Below, piece by piece: positions 27,786 through 42,369 of a DNA stretch of 64,000 nucleotides (its first letter is position 1; each line of letters opens with the position of its first letter). This stretch comes from the human T2T-CHM13v2.0 reference genome, Homo sapiens. The stretch lies in the NCBI RefSeq assembly GCF_009914755.1, contig NC_060936.1. The stretch is one strand, 5' to 3'. A program made the position numbers and the translations under genes. The notes beneath the pieces are model-generated. The model was not told where the DNA came from, made no database searches, and saw only the letters and a list, made by a program, of their open reading frames with translations.

Positions 27786-29540
27786 AATTTATTTGATGCC
27801 TTTACTTTCTCCCTAGTTTGCCATTCAATTTCCTATTCTGGAAATGCATAGCCCAGAAAAGAGAGTGAGAATGAACTTAAGAAAAAAAGTGAATTCACAG
27901 AAATCTTCCTTGGACTCCAATTTGCCTGTTTGCCCCATTGGGCAAAGTTCATACAAAACAAAGTTCTACTTTCCAATCCACACAGTTCAGCAACCCAGTA
28001 CCTTCAACTCTGCTCAGATGTCACCCTCACCATGGGGCCTTTCCTGACCATCCTGTCTACAATTGCAGCCCACCTTCTCCACCTCCCATTCTGCTATTGG
28101 CGCTGCTTTCCTTCCCTGGATGCTTTATTCTTCACCATTGCATTTACCACCATATAATATATTATAAAATTTCTTTATTTGTTGTGTTTGTCCCCACATA
28201 GCAGGAGTTTTTATTGGTATTATTCACACATGAATCCCTAGTACCTGCTATATAGTAGGTGCTCAATCATTATGTAATGAATGAATGGGTGGATGAATGG
28301 TTTGAGTTGAGTTCTAGCAGCTCTTCCACCATTCAGCTCTGTGACCCCAGGAAGTGACTGAACCTCAATCCCTCCATACGTAAAATAGGTATAGTAATAA
28401 TACTTAGTACATAGGATTGACAGGATACAATCCTACAGAGTTAATGATTACCTTGTAGAACTATGAAAATGTCTATGAAGTGTTTAACATAGTACTACAT
28501 AGGCACGTGGTAAACACAGACAAAACATTAGCTGCTATTATTATTGTTTAAATAATATTATTATTAGATTTATTCTATCAGGTCTATAGCAAGCATGTAA
28601 AACAATTACCATTTCCCAAGTAATTATGTCCCAAACAAACAAACAAAAAAACTGGGTCAGGAAAAAATAGCCCTGGGACCTAGATTTCCTATATAACTGC
28701 CTACATTTATCTGTGCTGTGTTTATTTGTATTCTTTTAACTCTGGAAAACAGGTCTCTCAGACCCACCCTGCCAAGACCCAGGGTGGCTCAGTGTCAGGC
28801 CCTGCGTCCATTCTGTTTACTGTCACCAGGGACTAAGGCTCTAAAAGCAGGCACGAGAGGGAAGGCATTCCAGGCGGGTCACCAGCCCACCCGTGACGAC
28901 AGACGCTCCCGGCCCACCTGCTCTGGGACGCTCACACAAGCCTTAGATGGCCTGGGGCCTGGCAGCTCGCCCAGTGGAGCCAGCCTGCCCGGCAGCCGGC
29001 TAGCTGGCAAGGGATGCATTAGCTGCCTTCCTGGCAGACAAGCCACGTGCCCTAGATTCCTCTCAAGGGCCTGCTTCTCCTGCTTCTCCCAGCCTCATCC
29101 TTTGAAACCCTTAATTTAATAGGCATATTTCCAGTCTGCCAACCCCTTCGTGATGCTCTTCATTCGCCTGTTCACTCATTCATTCAACAGATGTTAGCTG
29201 AGCATCTATGATGCTGCAGTCATTCTGCAGATAAAGAGTAATACAAGATGGTCCTCTGCCCTCGAGGAGTTTCTAATACCTCCCATCAGCATGATGCTTT
29301 ACAGTTTACAAAACACTTTCCCACAAGTGGTCTTTTTTAATTCTCAAAATGATACTTTACTTGGGATTAGATATTTTTATTTCCCACGTTTTTCATGGGA
29401 TATGCTAAGAGATCGAGAGACTACCCTATGGTCTCGCAACTTACAAGCTCAGGTAATTTGGCTACATAATAGCTAATATCTGAGCAACCAAAAACTTCTC
29501 CAAGAAAGGGAGAAGAAATCACATCTCACCAATAGTTGTT

Positions 29541-29724
29541 ATATAAAAGTCACAAAAAGTCAGCTCCTTGAAAGATAAAGTCTATTTGACTGTATATCTA
29601 ATGGCTCCAAAAAGAAATTGCATGTTTTACATATATAAAAGTCACAAAAAGTCAGCTCCTTAAAAGATAAAGGCTATTCGATTGTACATCTAATGGCTCC
29701 AAAAAGAAAGTGCATGTTTTGCAT
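29541..29724. repeat. Tandem duplication, 2 x 92 bp
   Basis: 29541-29632 vs 29633-29724; 7 substitutions by manual alignment. Confidence 0.93.
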
Positions 29725-30512
29725 GGTGAGGAGACAGACTGATTTCCTCCATGACAGAACAAGGGACAACTGGGAAACTTCCAGGAATTCGGATTGAGAA
29801 CCTCGCCAGATCTAGGATCTATCTGTCCCTGGCCTCTCCCATATAAATGCCCCACTCAGGACTCTTGAAACATCTGAACTCAAAACCCTGACTGCCCAAA
29901 TTAACTGGATATGGACAGATGCTGGAAACACGCACACAGGTATGAACAACACCTCTTTCCCCCAGAAGCACCATTTCCAGCGTCCCTACCTTCAAACCTG
30001 AAGTTCTCCAGGGGAAACATCAGGTAGCTTTATAAGGAAAAACATCTCCCCACAGCTCCACCAAGTGGCTGGGTCTGCCCACTGAAAACTTCTCCAAGAA
30101 ATGGAGAAGAAATCTAGTTCACTTCAGTGCAAGCCAAGGTACAAAATAACGACTAGGACCAAGAAAGAGAAGTTGGCCAAATGGAAATGGGGTGGAGAAA
30201 TTCTGGGGAGACCCAGGAGGCATGGATGTCCTCAGGGCAGGGAGAAGGAAGGCGGTTGAAGCTCTTTAGCAAAAAGTAATTTGGCAAAAATATATAGACT
30301 CAGAGCTAGAAGTAGCCAACACTTCCCTTCTAATAGATAAGAGAACTGAAACCCAGAGACGTTCATGCTCTCATCGTGTGACAGAAGGGCAATGGTGGAC
30401 CCTGTGCAAAACATGGTACTGGTGTGATCTTACTTAATCCATGTGAGTCTACGGCGGATGTATTACTACTTCCCAATTTTACAGACAAAGATAGGGCGAG
30501 AGTCAGCACGCT

Positions 30513-30805
30513 ATGGCCCCCTGCCTGTTTTTGTGCCATACACAAGCTAAGAATGGTTTTTACACTTTTGAGTTGCTTTTGAAAATCAAATAATAATAAT
30601 ATTTCATGATTCATGAAAATTATATGAAATTCAGATTTCAGGGCCATAAATATAGATTTATTTGAACACAGTAACATCCATTTTTTTACGTACATCTATG
30701 GCTGCTTTTGAGCTAGAAGGGCAGAACTGAGTAGTTTCAACAGAGATCATATGGCCATCAAAGCCTAAAATATTTACTATCTGGCTCTTTACAGAAAAAA
30801 ATACC
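30513..30805. mobile_element. MER58-family hAT DNA transposon
   Basis: gcagaactgagtagtttcaacagagatcatatggcc...aaagcctaaaatatttactatctggctctttacagaaaaa is typical of MER58. Confidence 0.75.
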
Positions 30806-31668
30806 AGCTCCTAGAATAGAGACTCAAAGAAGTCAAAGAACCCAAGAAGAAGTAATACGATGGAAAGAGAACAGAAGGATGGGAAGGAGTTAGAAGGCCA
30901 GGTCTGTCACTAACTGATCTGTAAGACCAGGGATAATAATAAAATGTCTTACTGGGTTTGTTGGATGGATGGATTAAAAAGTTTAAAACATGCAAATACT
31001 TTGTCAGCTGCGAAGGGCTCTACATGTTGTGTCTATTATTTATCAGACTAGAGCCAGCTTATAGTCTCAATTTCCCAACATTTCCCATCACATCACACAG
31101 TCTCTCCTGGCCTTAGTTTCCCCATCTAGAAAATGGGGATAATGATACCCTCCATACCCTCCAATGTAGAGACATCATCAAAATGAAAAAAAAAAGAGAG
31201 CATCTTTGTGAAAGCCACTTCTAAAATAATTTGTAGATACTTAGTTTCAGGGTTCCAATCTCCTTTTTAAAATGAAACTGAATGCCATGAGTTTTCAGCC
31301 TCCAAGGTAGAATTTCGTGAGCCAGAGAAAGGACAGCACAAAGAAATCCAGCCTGGCTTCAGCTTGGAGTCCCGCTTTTTCAAAAAGAGCAGCTGTCTCA
31401 CTGTTCTTTCGAAAGGGCAACTGATTGGATTCTCTGTACCTTCATTATGCTGGAAAGGTCATTTAGAGAAATTAATGTGTCCTTGGGGGATTGCTATCGC
31501 TATCCAGTAGTCCCCTCCAGCCTTGCACTTCGCTCTCACCCCTGGCTTTTCACGTTACCAGCTGGCAAACTTCAGAGGTGGTACCAGCCACTCATAGCAG
31601 ACAGAGAGCAGGTGATGAGTGGACTCTGGCCATAGGGACCAATCTCTGTACTGACAGAGTGAATGAGA

Positions 31669-31992
<324 letters not shown>

Positions 31993-33707
31993 AGAGTGGA
32001 TGAGTAGTCCCTAGGGCAGTTCTAGAAGAGAAGCAAAGACCTACTGCTGAGGCAGGAGCCGGTGAGCAGCCCACTCGGTCCACACCTGGCCACAGCACAG
32101 ATACAGCAATTTTCCAGAGAAAATTTAGATAAACACTTTTACCTAAATGTCCCAGTAGCTCTCACCAAAATACTTGGGTCATTGGCCTACCTGCTGGCTC
32201 AGACTTTAGTATCCAGTGTAGCCCCTTAGAATCCAGCTACATCCATCTAAAATAAGTCCAGCCAAAGTTGAAGGGAATAAAACACAGAGAAATTCCAATG
32301 TGAGAGAGGCTGTGTAATATTGAGAATGAAAGCTCTTGTAGTCTGATCTGGGTCAAACTCCAGCTCCCTCCATTTCTAGCTGCGTGACTTTAGGTAACTT
32401 GCTTAACTTCTCTGGGTCTCAGTTTCTGCATCTACAAGATGGGAAGAATGCCTAACAAATATAGTTATTTGGGGAAGATTATATTAAAATATGCCTGGTG
32501 TCTGGAAAATAATAAGGGCTCAGTTAAAGGGGAGTTAGGGTAGCAGGTTCTGCTTAGGCATCTTGGTAGCCCTTTGTCCCTTAGATCAAGACTGCAAAGA
32601 ACCACTTGCTGAATGTGAATGAATGAACGAACAAATGAGCTAACAAGCAAAAGAGCAGTGTGCCTCATTCTGGCTTCCTGATAACGCCCAGGAGAACCAT
32701 GATATCACATTCTTGTGTCCGATTTACAGATGAACAATGTGAGTCCCAACAGCCTACATTATCCATAGAAATCTGGAATTCGAGCCAAGAGTTTACATTT
32801 TGGCTTCCATTTGGGCCTCTGTTTGCTCATCAGGTAAACAGGTAAAATCGTCAAACCTATATTACTGAGCTATCAAGGGCATCCAGTGAGAGGAGGGGAT
32901 GTGAGAACGTCACATTTGTGGCTATTAAGCATAAAGTCTCACTCTCCAGGTAGAAATGTCCTTGAATAAGACACAGATTTCCTGTTTGGCTTTAGCCAAA
33001 AGGATGAAATTCTAATTGTGGAATTTGAGGCATAGTCAGATGAGCTTGACAAGTGTCAATGCAGATGAAATGGGAACTTCCCATCACCTTTGCAAATTAG
33101 AGGCATATGGCAGTGTGACCACGGGTGACCTTGTCCTCTGAGGGTGTTATCCTGAATTTGTAGAGTCCAGCCTCGACTGTGGCTCTGGCCCCTGAGTGAA
33201 ACCTGCAGGCTGCAGAAGACACTGACATACTCCACAAATCCATCCTTGTTCCTTCAGCAGAAGCATCTGGCACAGTTCCCATTTATGAGCACCTGCCAAA
33301 CTTTCAGGGGTCTAAGGTTACAGTGAGCTGTGCTTCATGCACTCCACTGGCTCTGTCATAGGTAGAAACCCATCGGAGGAAGCCTTTTCAGATTACACAC
33401 ACACACATACATGCACACACACACATACACAAAATTAGGAGTATTTAATAACAAAAGAATCATCTAATATAAAATTATCTAAACTGTCTCGACTAAACCT
33501 TCCCATTAATGCACACACATAAATTCTTTGGCGATAAAAGGCCTTATCTCTTGGCTCAAATTCCAAATTTCTATTGATAATGTAGGCTGTTGGGATTCAC
33601 ATTGTTCATCCGTAAATTGGACACAAACAATGTGATATCATGGTTCTCCTGGGCATTATTAGGAAGCCAGAATGTCCAAGGAGGTACCTGTAGGAATCAT
33701 TCATCTG

Positions 33708-34173
33708 TAGGAATGAATGCTGTGTCACCTCAGCCTTCATCTCAGCCATCACCATAGGTTGGATCTAGGAGAAGAGTTCTTATCCGAGCATGACCCAGAG
33801 CCTCTAGACAAAGAGCTCCACAAGTTACTTAGGAAAGTGGGAAAACAGAATGAGGAAGCACAGTACAGTCCCTGCCATCTAGCCATCTGCCCTCAGGGTC
33901 CTTGGGCTTTGTCCTGAGGAACTCCTTTTTGTGATTGGTTTCTTTGGGGTGTTGCTGTTCACCCTCTTGCTCTGACTGGCTATATGCGAATAAGCAAGGC
34001 CAAATATGTTGATCCTAGATATGTTAATTAGTGCCTGCTGACTCTATTTACCCCCACCTATCTTTCTATTTTGTATGGATGTGTAGATTAGGCTACCTTA
34101 AAATGCTGATGATGGTCCTTGCTGGGAGACAGACAGACCTCCTGTGCTGATACATTGGTGCCAGAAGTGAGAC
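33708..34173 (+). mobile_element. Possible old ERVL-class LTR followed by a tRNA-Leu-like primer-binding-site remnant
   Basis: ...TGATACA (34154) followed by TGGTGCCAGAAGTGAGAC, similar to the ERV-L PBS. 5' boundary uncertain. Confidence 0.35.
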
Positions 34174-34779
34174 TTCTAGTTAAAAATCACATACACATAC
34201 AGTTAACACACCCATGGTAGGTGTTCAATAAATATTCTCTTTCCTGGTTTGCTTTGCTCCCCACTTTCCCCCCTGCCTTATGGCTGAGTTCCTCTTCTTT
34301 GTCCTTCCATACCATCATAGCTCTTTCCATTGTGTGTTGGGATCCTCTGTTTATCTATTTCTTCTCCCCTCTAGACTACAAGCTCTTTGAAGGCAGCGTC
34401 TGGGTCTCTTCTTTACTGTGCGTCATTGGCACTATTACTGTTCTTGATATAGCTGGTGATAAGTAAATATTGAACTTAGCTGAGCCGAAGCCCAGAATTG
34501 TAACTATGAAGGAACGAGACTGTTTTTTTTTTTAAAAATAAATATATCAGAATGCATACATACAAAATGAATGGTGTCCATTTCAGGGAAGTCACCATAA
34601 GAGGTGGCGCACTTGCTGTGCCCTTTTGGGGAAACAGCCTTTTTAGTGGGTGGCACATTCTTTTGAACAGCTTTAGTGAGAGTGCATTTTCCTCTCCTAA
34701 TGGGAGGATTTATATGAGAATCCTTTTAGTGACAAGAAAGAAAACAACTAAGTAAATGTGCCTTAAATAACGAAAATGT

Positions 34780-35107
<328 letters not shown>

Positions 35108-36198
35108 TCACATGGCAAGATGACTGGGGTTAATAGTTCCAAGGTTGGCTCAGCAGCTCGACAAAGTCATCAAAGATCCAGGCTCTTTCTATTCTTCTCT
35201 ACCATTTAGCTTTCTAGAATCCATTGGGTTGTGACCCAGTAATCACAGATGGTTGCCTTTGTTCCAGATATCACACTCTCGTACTATTATTTTTGAAGGA
35301 AGTAAGAAGGAATGAAGTAGAGGCTCAGCCAGGGGAAAAGGGCAGCTCCCTTCATGTGTCTTTCTCTCCTTTTATGTCAGATGGAAATACCTCCCTAAAC
35401 ACCCCATCACCTAGCTACCCTTAGCTGCAAAGCAGGCTGAGTACCTGGCACATTCAGTCTCTGAAGTGAAAGGCAGGGAGAGAAGAAAGATTGAGGATGG
35501 CTGCTGGGAGGCAACCAAGAAGGGTTCTCAGAGATTTTATTTCTGATAAAAGCCAAAAGTCAGTTGGAATCTGAGCTCTAACCTCAAGGTGGGACCATAA
35601 ATCATGATAACATGTTGAACACTAACTATATGCCAGATTAGTAATAAGTCCTCGGCATATGTTATCTTAATTAATCTTCCCAACACCCTTGAGGTAGCCA
35701 CTATTGTTAGCCCAATTTTATCTTTGAGGAAACTGATACCAGAAAGGTGAAATTACTCACCCCAGGGCACACAAATAATAAATGGTAAAGCCCTGCCAAC
35801 TCTAATATAAGGCTTTTAATTCCAAAACCAGACTGAAAACTATTCACAAGAAGGTTTCATGGCTCATAAAACTGAGGGAGGCTGAGGTGAACAGTTATAT
35901 TGTGCTTTCCATTTTCGCCTGCCCTGACCAGGTCATTTGATCCTCAGAACAATTTGTAGGAAATATTACACTGCAGGAGGATTTTCAGTTGGCCCGCACC
36001 ATTTAGCCACACCATTTAATCTGCTTCTCCCTTTCTTCGGTAGTAGCAGAACTCCCAATTTTTAACTGAGATTATGGCCACCCAGAATAGAGACTATATT
36101 TCCCAGCCTTCCTTATATGTAACTAAGTTCTCTTATACATGTAACTAAGTTCTATTATAAACAAAAAGATCTGGCCAACTTCTGAGTCATGCCCTTAA

Positions 36199-36713
<515 letters not shown>

Positions 36714-37620
36714 TCTCAATCCTACATTTCTTATCACTGGACTGTTACAAGAGGAATATACTTCCTATTTAAACCACTGTATTTGAAGTCTCTGTTAAAC
36801 CAGTGAACTTGTGTTCTAAGATACCCCACAGATAAAATTTGGGATAACTACCCAGGCTACAGCAGTGCCCTTGTCCTCCCACTTCACCAATAAGTATGAG
36901 CTCCCCTAATTAAATATGTGCCCCCTGACCTTGACCTGATGGCCACCAGAGTGAACAATTAACCCAAAATGGGTCAGAGTCCTTTTTCTATGTCTATTTG
37001 CAATGAGGATTAAGTGATTCTAGTTTGGTCTGAGCTGATGACTTGAGTAGAGGTGATGTAAGCTCCAGAGCTGTGGACCAAGAAGCAGAAAAAGTCAGTC
37101 TATAAACAGAGATTGAAGCAGATGAGCAGAGAGAAGCTGTATGGTCCCCGATGGCTTTTACAACCCTGATCCCAGTCTTACCCAAAGGTTCAGCTGTATC
37201 TCTTTCCTTAAATTCTGCAAACCATCTCTATATTTTTACAGCAAATCCCCCATGTTGAGCTTCCCTAGCTCAAATAGGTGTTTGTTACACTTGCAAGCAG
37301 AGTTGCAAATAATATCATGAGATGCAGTAAAGCTAAGCAAGTGGCAGGACCAAGCCACAGGCTCAGCTTCTGTCATTCTGTGTCCAGTGGCCTTCTCTCA
37401 GTAGACATACTTCACAGCTTGACGGGGAAAGCTGGTCTCACCTCTCTTTTCTCTTTCAATGGACACATCTGGGAAAGACAAGATTCAGGAAACCAAGCTC
37501 CTAAATTCCAATCTGGCCTAGGCCGCCTAAGTTCCACCTAATACTTGAAATGGGAGTTGAGTCTCCACCATCTCACTTCTTTTCAGAAAGCCCAAATGTA
37601 TCTCTGGATCTTTTATGATT

Positions 37621-38940
37621 ATAGTCGTGCATCAACTAATGACAGGGGTACATTCGGGGAAATTCATCATTTGGTAATTTCATTGTGTGAACATCAGAGT
37701 ATGCTTACATAAACCTAGATGGTGTCGGCTACTCCAAACCAAGGCTATACAGTAGAGCAGGGGTGTTCAATCTTTCGGCTTCCGTAGGCCACATTGGAGG
37801 AAAACTTGTCTTTGGCCACACATAAAATACAATACACTAACACTAACGATAGCTGATGAGCTAAAAAAAAAAAAAAAATTGCAAAAAAATTCTCATAATG
37901 TTTTAAGAAAGTTTACACATTTGTGTTGGGCAGTATTCAAAGCTGTCCTGGGCCACATGCAGCCTGTGGGCCACGTGTTGACAGCTTGCGTAGAGCCTAT
38001 TGTTCCTGGATTACAAACCTTTACAGCACGTAACTGTACTGAATACTGCAGGCAATTCTAACACAATGGGAAGTATTCTTGTATCTAAATATATCTAAAC
38101 ATAAAAAAGATACAGTAAAAATACAGTATGTAAGATTAGAAAATGGTACCCCTGTATAGGGCACTTCCCATGAGTGGAGCAGGACTGGAATTGCTTTGGG
38201 TGAGTCAGCGAGTGAGTGGTGAGTGAAGATGAAGGTTGAGAACAGTACTGGATACGACTGCAGACTTTAGAAATACTGTACACTTAAGCTACACTAAATT
38301 TCTTTTTAAAATGTTTTTCTTTCTTCGATCAATGATCTTTGATAATAAAGCTTAGTAACCTTTTTACTTTATAAACTTTTTAATGTTTTCAACTTTATGA
38401 CTCATGTAATAACACTTAGCTTAAAATACATTGTGCAACTGTATATAAATATTTTCTTTCTTTATATCCTTATTCTATAAGCTTTTCCATTTTTTAAATT
38501 TTTTTATTTTTATTTTCTAAACTTTTTTTGCTAAAAACTATACAAACGCACACATTGGCCTAGTCCTACACAGTCAGAATCATCAATATCACCATCTTCC
38601 ACCTCCACATCTTGCCCCGCTGGAAGGACTTCAGGGGTAATAACACACATTGGGCAGTCATCTCTTATGATAACAATGCCTTCTTCTGGAATGACCTCCC
38701 TGGGGCTGTTTTACAGCTAACTTCTTCTTTTTATAAGTAGAAGGAATGCACTCTAAAATAACAACAGAAAGTACAGTATACTAAATGCATGCACCCATAA
38801 CATGGTCATTTATTATCATTATGAAGCATTATCTACTGTGCATCCTTGTAGGTGCCGGACTTCTATATGACTGGCAGTACAGTGCTTTGTTTACACCAGC
38901 ATCACCAGAGATATGTGAGTAATGCATTGCACTACAACAA
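37621..38940. mobile_element. Tigger3(b)-like Tc/mariner DNA transposon, interrupted by MER30
   Basis: aaacctagatggtgtcggctactccaaaccaaggctata...ctattgttcctggattacaaacctttacagcacgtaactgtactgaatactg resembles Tigger3/Golem. Confidence 0.75.
37758..37988. mobile_element. MER30 hAT element nested in Tigger3
   Basis: caggggtgttcaatctttcggcttcc...gacagcttg termini, flanked by a GTAGAG(C) direct repeat. Confidence 0.8.
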
Positions 38941-39217
38941 CTCCTGGATGAGTTAAAGTTCACATCTTATTCAAGTCACCCCTATGCTTAAAACTCTTCA
39001 ATGTCTTCCATTTCTTTGGTGTTAAAGTTCACAGGCCTTGACCACAGGACCCATCCTTCTTAGCCTGTCCCCTGCCTACTCTCCATCTATCTTCCAGTCC
39101 ACGGTGATGCTCCAGCAGCCCTGACAGCTTGCAGCTTCTCTCCATGCCTCTCTGACTTCGCTCATGCCCTTTTCTCATTTAACGGTCAAGGAACATGCCA
39201 ATTACTCACCTTTAGTA

Positions 39218-39256
39218 TTAGGTTGGTGCAAAAGTAATGCAGTTTTTGCCATTAAA
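39218..39256. mobile_element. Half MADE1 (mariner MITE) fragment
   Basis: TTAGGTTGGTGCAAAAGTAATGCAGTTTTTGCCATTA is one MADE1 terminal arm. Confidence 0.75.
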
Positions 39257-40260
39257 AATAATCTTTGCCGTTAAAAGTTATCTTTTCCTGTGGTAACAAC
39301 CAACCTCCGAAATCTCAGGGGTTTATGATAAGAAATTATTTCTCAAATGTGGGTTCACCAGTCTTCTGTGGCTCTGCTGGGTGTAGCTGGGTTTGGCGCC
39401 AGTTCAAGTGTGAGCTTTTTGTCTACAAATTGCAGGACCCAGGCTGGAAGAGAAGCCACTCTCTGGGGCAGGTTGAGCTCATGATGGAGGTAGACGCTCA
39501 ACAGGCCAAGCCAACCACGAGAGCACATGTCAAGCCTCTGACCAGATCTGGTATACATCAACTCTGTTCCATTGCATTGCTGAGGGCAAGTCACATTAGG
39601 GGGCCAAAGACCAATGAGGCAAGAGTGTGTACCCCTTACACTGCAAAGTGGGAGGGACAGTGAATATCTGAAATGCAATAATACAATCTACTCCACTTCT
39701 GTTTCCATGGGATCACCATTCAGGAGAGAACAATATTAAGAGATTGTTTCCTCTCTCAACAATTTCTCGCTATCCAAGTGGGGAGATGGAAGAGGGGACT
39801 GTCCCACGTGAGGTCTCTCCCTAGAAACCTGCCTGCCTATTTTCTCCTTTCCCTGTGCCCTATGATAAGTTCACCAGGGCAGGACTTAGCCCCCAACAAA
39901 AGGTAAGTCAGTCTATTAATAGGGCAAAGGAGCAGGAAGACCATACCAACTTCAGAGAGACCCAAGCTGAGATCCACCTTTACCAGCATGGAACTGATCC
40001 TTTCACCTCTGATTCCTGTGTCCATTTCTCAGTTGTGTTACAGTATGAAGGAGGGGAGAACTGACTAAGGTTTCACCAAACCCCCCAATACTTAGAATGC
40101 ACTAACCCCTGTCAGGCTCCATCTGGCTAACATCTACTCATTCTTGAATAATAGTAATAAAAAATAATAATAATAATAACTAACACTCATTTAATGCTTA
40201 CTATGTGTTAAGTCACTGTCATAAGTGTTTTTCAAATATTTGTTAATTTAAAATTAATGC

Positions 40261-40565
40261 AGCCTGGGCACAGTGGCTTATGTCTCTAATCTCAGTGCAT
40301 TGGGAGGGTGAGGCAGGAGAATTGCTTGAAGTCAGGAGTTCAAGACCAGCCTGGCCAAAATAGCAAGACCTCTAAAAAAAAAATTAGCCAGGCATGGTGG
40401 CACATGCCTGTAGTCCCAGCTACTCAGGAGGCTGAGGAGGGAAGATCCCTTCAGCCCAGGAGTTTGAAGCTACAGTGAGCTATGACTGTGCCACTACACT
40501 CCAGCCTGGACAACAGAGTGAGACCCTGTCTCAATTATAATAATTATAATTAATTAATTAATTAA
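40261..40565 (+). mobile_element. Alu (AluJ-like) with AT-rich tail
   Basis: cccaggagtttgaagctacagtgagctatga J-type right arm. Confidence 0.9.
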
Positions 40566-40901
40566 ATTCATGTAAACACTATAAGTAGGCACTACTATTT
40601 TTAACATCCACAAATTAAAGATGAAGGAACTGAGGCACAGAGAGGTCAAGTGACTTGACCCAGGTCAGATAACTAGTATCAGAGCCAGATTCCAACATGG
40701 GCAACATTGTAGGAAACCATGCCCCGAACCACTATGCTTTACTGCCTCTGGCTCCCCTGCACACTGTCTCCCAGGCTGGATGAGTGGAGTCCTTCTCTTA
40801 TTGGTGTCTGCAATGCACCATACAAACTCCTATCACAGCACTGACCACTGTTACAGAGTAATCTGTTTATGAGTCTGTCTTCTCCTCTTGGCTCTGAGAT
40901 T

Positions 40902-40902
40902 T

Positions 40903-40943
<41 letters not shown>

Positions 40944-41238
40944 GAGATAGGGTATAGCTCTGTCACCCATGCTGGAGGCCAGGGGCATCATTACAGCTCA
41001 CTGTAGCCTCGAACTCCTGGCCTCAAGCTCCTGGCCTCAAGCAATCCTCCTACCTCAGCCTCCCAAGTAGCTGAGACTAGAGGGGGCACAGCACTGTGCC
41101 TGAATAATTTTTTTTAGTTTTTGCAGAGATGGGGGTCTCACTTTGTTGCCCAGGTCTCGAACTTCTCACTTCAAGTGATCCTCCTGCCTTGGCCTCCCAA
41201 ACTGCTGGGATTATAGGCGTGAGACACCATGCCCAGCT
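40902..41238 (-). mobile_element. Alu (AluJ-like) with (TTTA)n tail
   Basis: TSD GGCTCTGAGATT on both sides. Confidence 0.9.
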
Positions 41239-41429
41239 GGCTCTGAGATTCTTGAGGACATGAAATGCATCTTGTTCGTACTTTATCTCTTCAGCCTAAG
41301 AAGATGCTTTTCTTTATTCACTCAACATTACCTGAACATGACTAATGGCAAGCACTGTGCTAAGTGCTATTTCATTATTTCTTCAATACACATGCTGTTC
41401 CAGATGACCCCAAACTTGTAAAGTTAGAA

Positions 41430-41905
41430 TAGCAGACTGCAAAAAAAAAAATGCCCTGCAATAATTCCCCTCCATGAATCAATTTCCCCACTCCTTGAAT
41501 CTAGGCTGGTTTTATGCCTTGCTTTGACCAATAAAATGAAGTGGAAATGATGTCCAGCCAGTTCCAAGCTTGGACCTCAAGAGGCCTTGCCCACTTCTGC
41601 TCACTCCCTTGAGGCCCTGGGTCCTACCACAGGAATAAGCCTGGGCTAGGCCAGCCCACTGGAGAGTGGGAGACCATATGAAGCAGAGATAAGCCAGCCT
41701 AGCTGAGGCCGTCCTAGATCAGCCTGGTCTTGGGTCATCTTGCAACTGACTGCAGACACATGAGCCCAGCAGACATAAGTCCCACCTGGCCCAGATAAGA
41801 GAAACAGCCATTCAAAACACAGTCTCATGAGCTAAATGAATTGCTGTTGTTATAAGCTACTAAGTTTTGGAACTGTTTGTTACCCAGCAAAAGCTAACTA
41901 ATACA
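41430..41905 (+). mobile_element. MLT1-type MaLR LTR
   Basis: gctttgaccaataaaatgaagtggaaatga core; ...tttgttacccagcaaaagctaactaataca end. Confidence 0.7.
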
Positions 41906-42369
41906 ATGGCAACCTGGGTTTGTCCAAGGATGGTGGTGAGAGTTGCAGTGACTGTGCACAGACTCTCCTAAGGATGAAGAAGTGAGACAGCAACCAGCCC
42001 ACATGCTGCCCTTGTCAATTAAGCCAAAGACCCCAGTTTTGCCTCTTCCTTTTTCTTCTCACTCCAAAGACTAGTCACATGGTCTGCAAAAGGAGAAAGG
42101 ACCATGAATTGTTCAAATACCGAATGCAAATAAGCCAGACAGACCAACAGACCCCTCATTCCAGTCTCCAAGGGTTTTAACACACCACGGATTTTTGCTT
42201 CTTCAGTTTGTGTATTTCATTTTGTTTTAAGCTTTTGTGTATTGAGACCCTGGCACCGTGCTAGGCTCAGGGAAGAAAAGTGTGTTAAGAAAGTAAACAG
42301 GATCTGCTTTCAGAAAGATAATAGTAATTATTGTTAATAACATTGCTATGATAACTTCCTTGGTTTTAT

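Noticed and set aside
34595-34612. Second CTCF-like motif (AGAGGTGGCGC)
   Set aside because: Only the 3' half matches; the CCAS 5' part is missing.
36112-36153. Short tandem duplications (also near 10557-10590 and 59492-59520)
   Set aside because: 14-22 bp slippage duplications are common and show no further structure.
39218-39275. miR-548-like hairpin from MADE1
   Set aside because: Only one terminal arm is present, so the hairpin cannot form.
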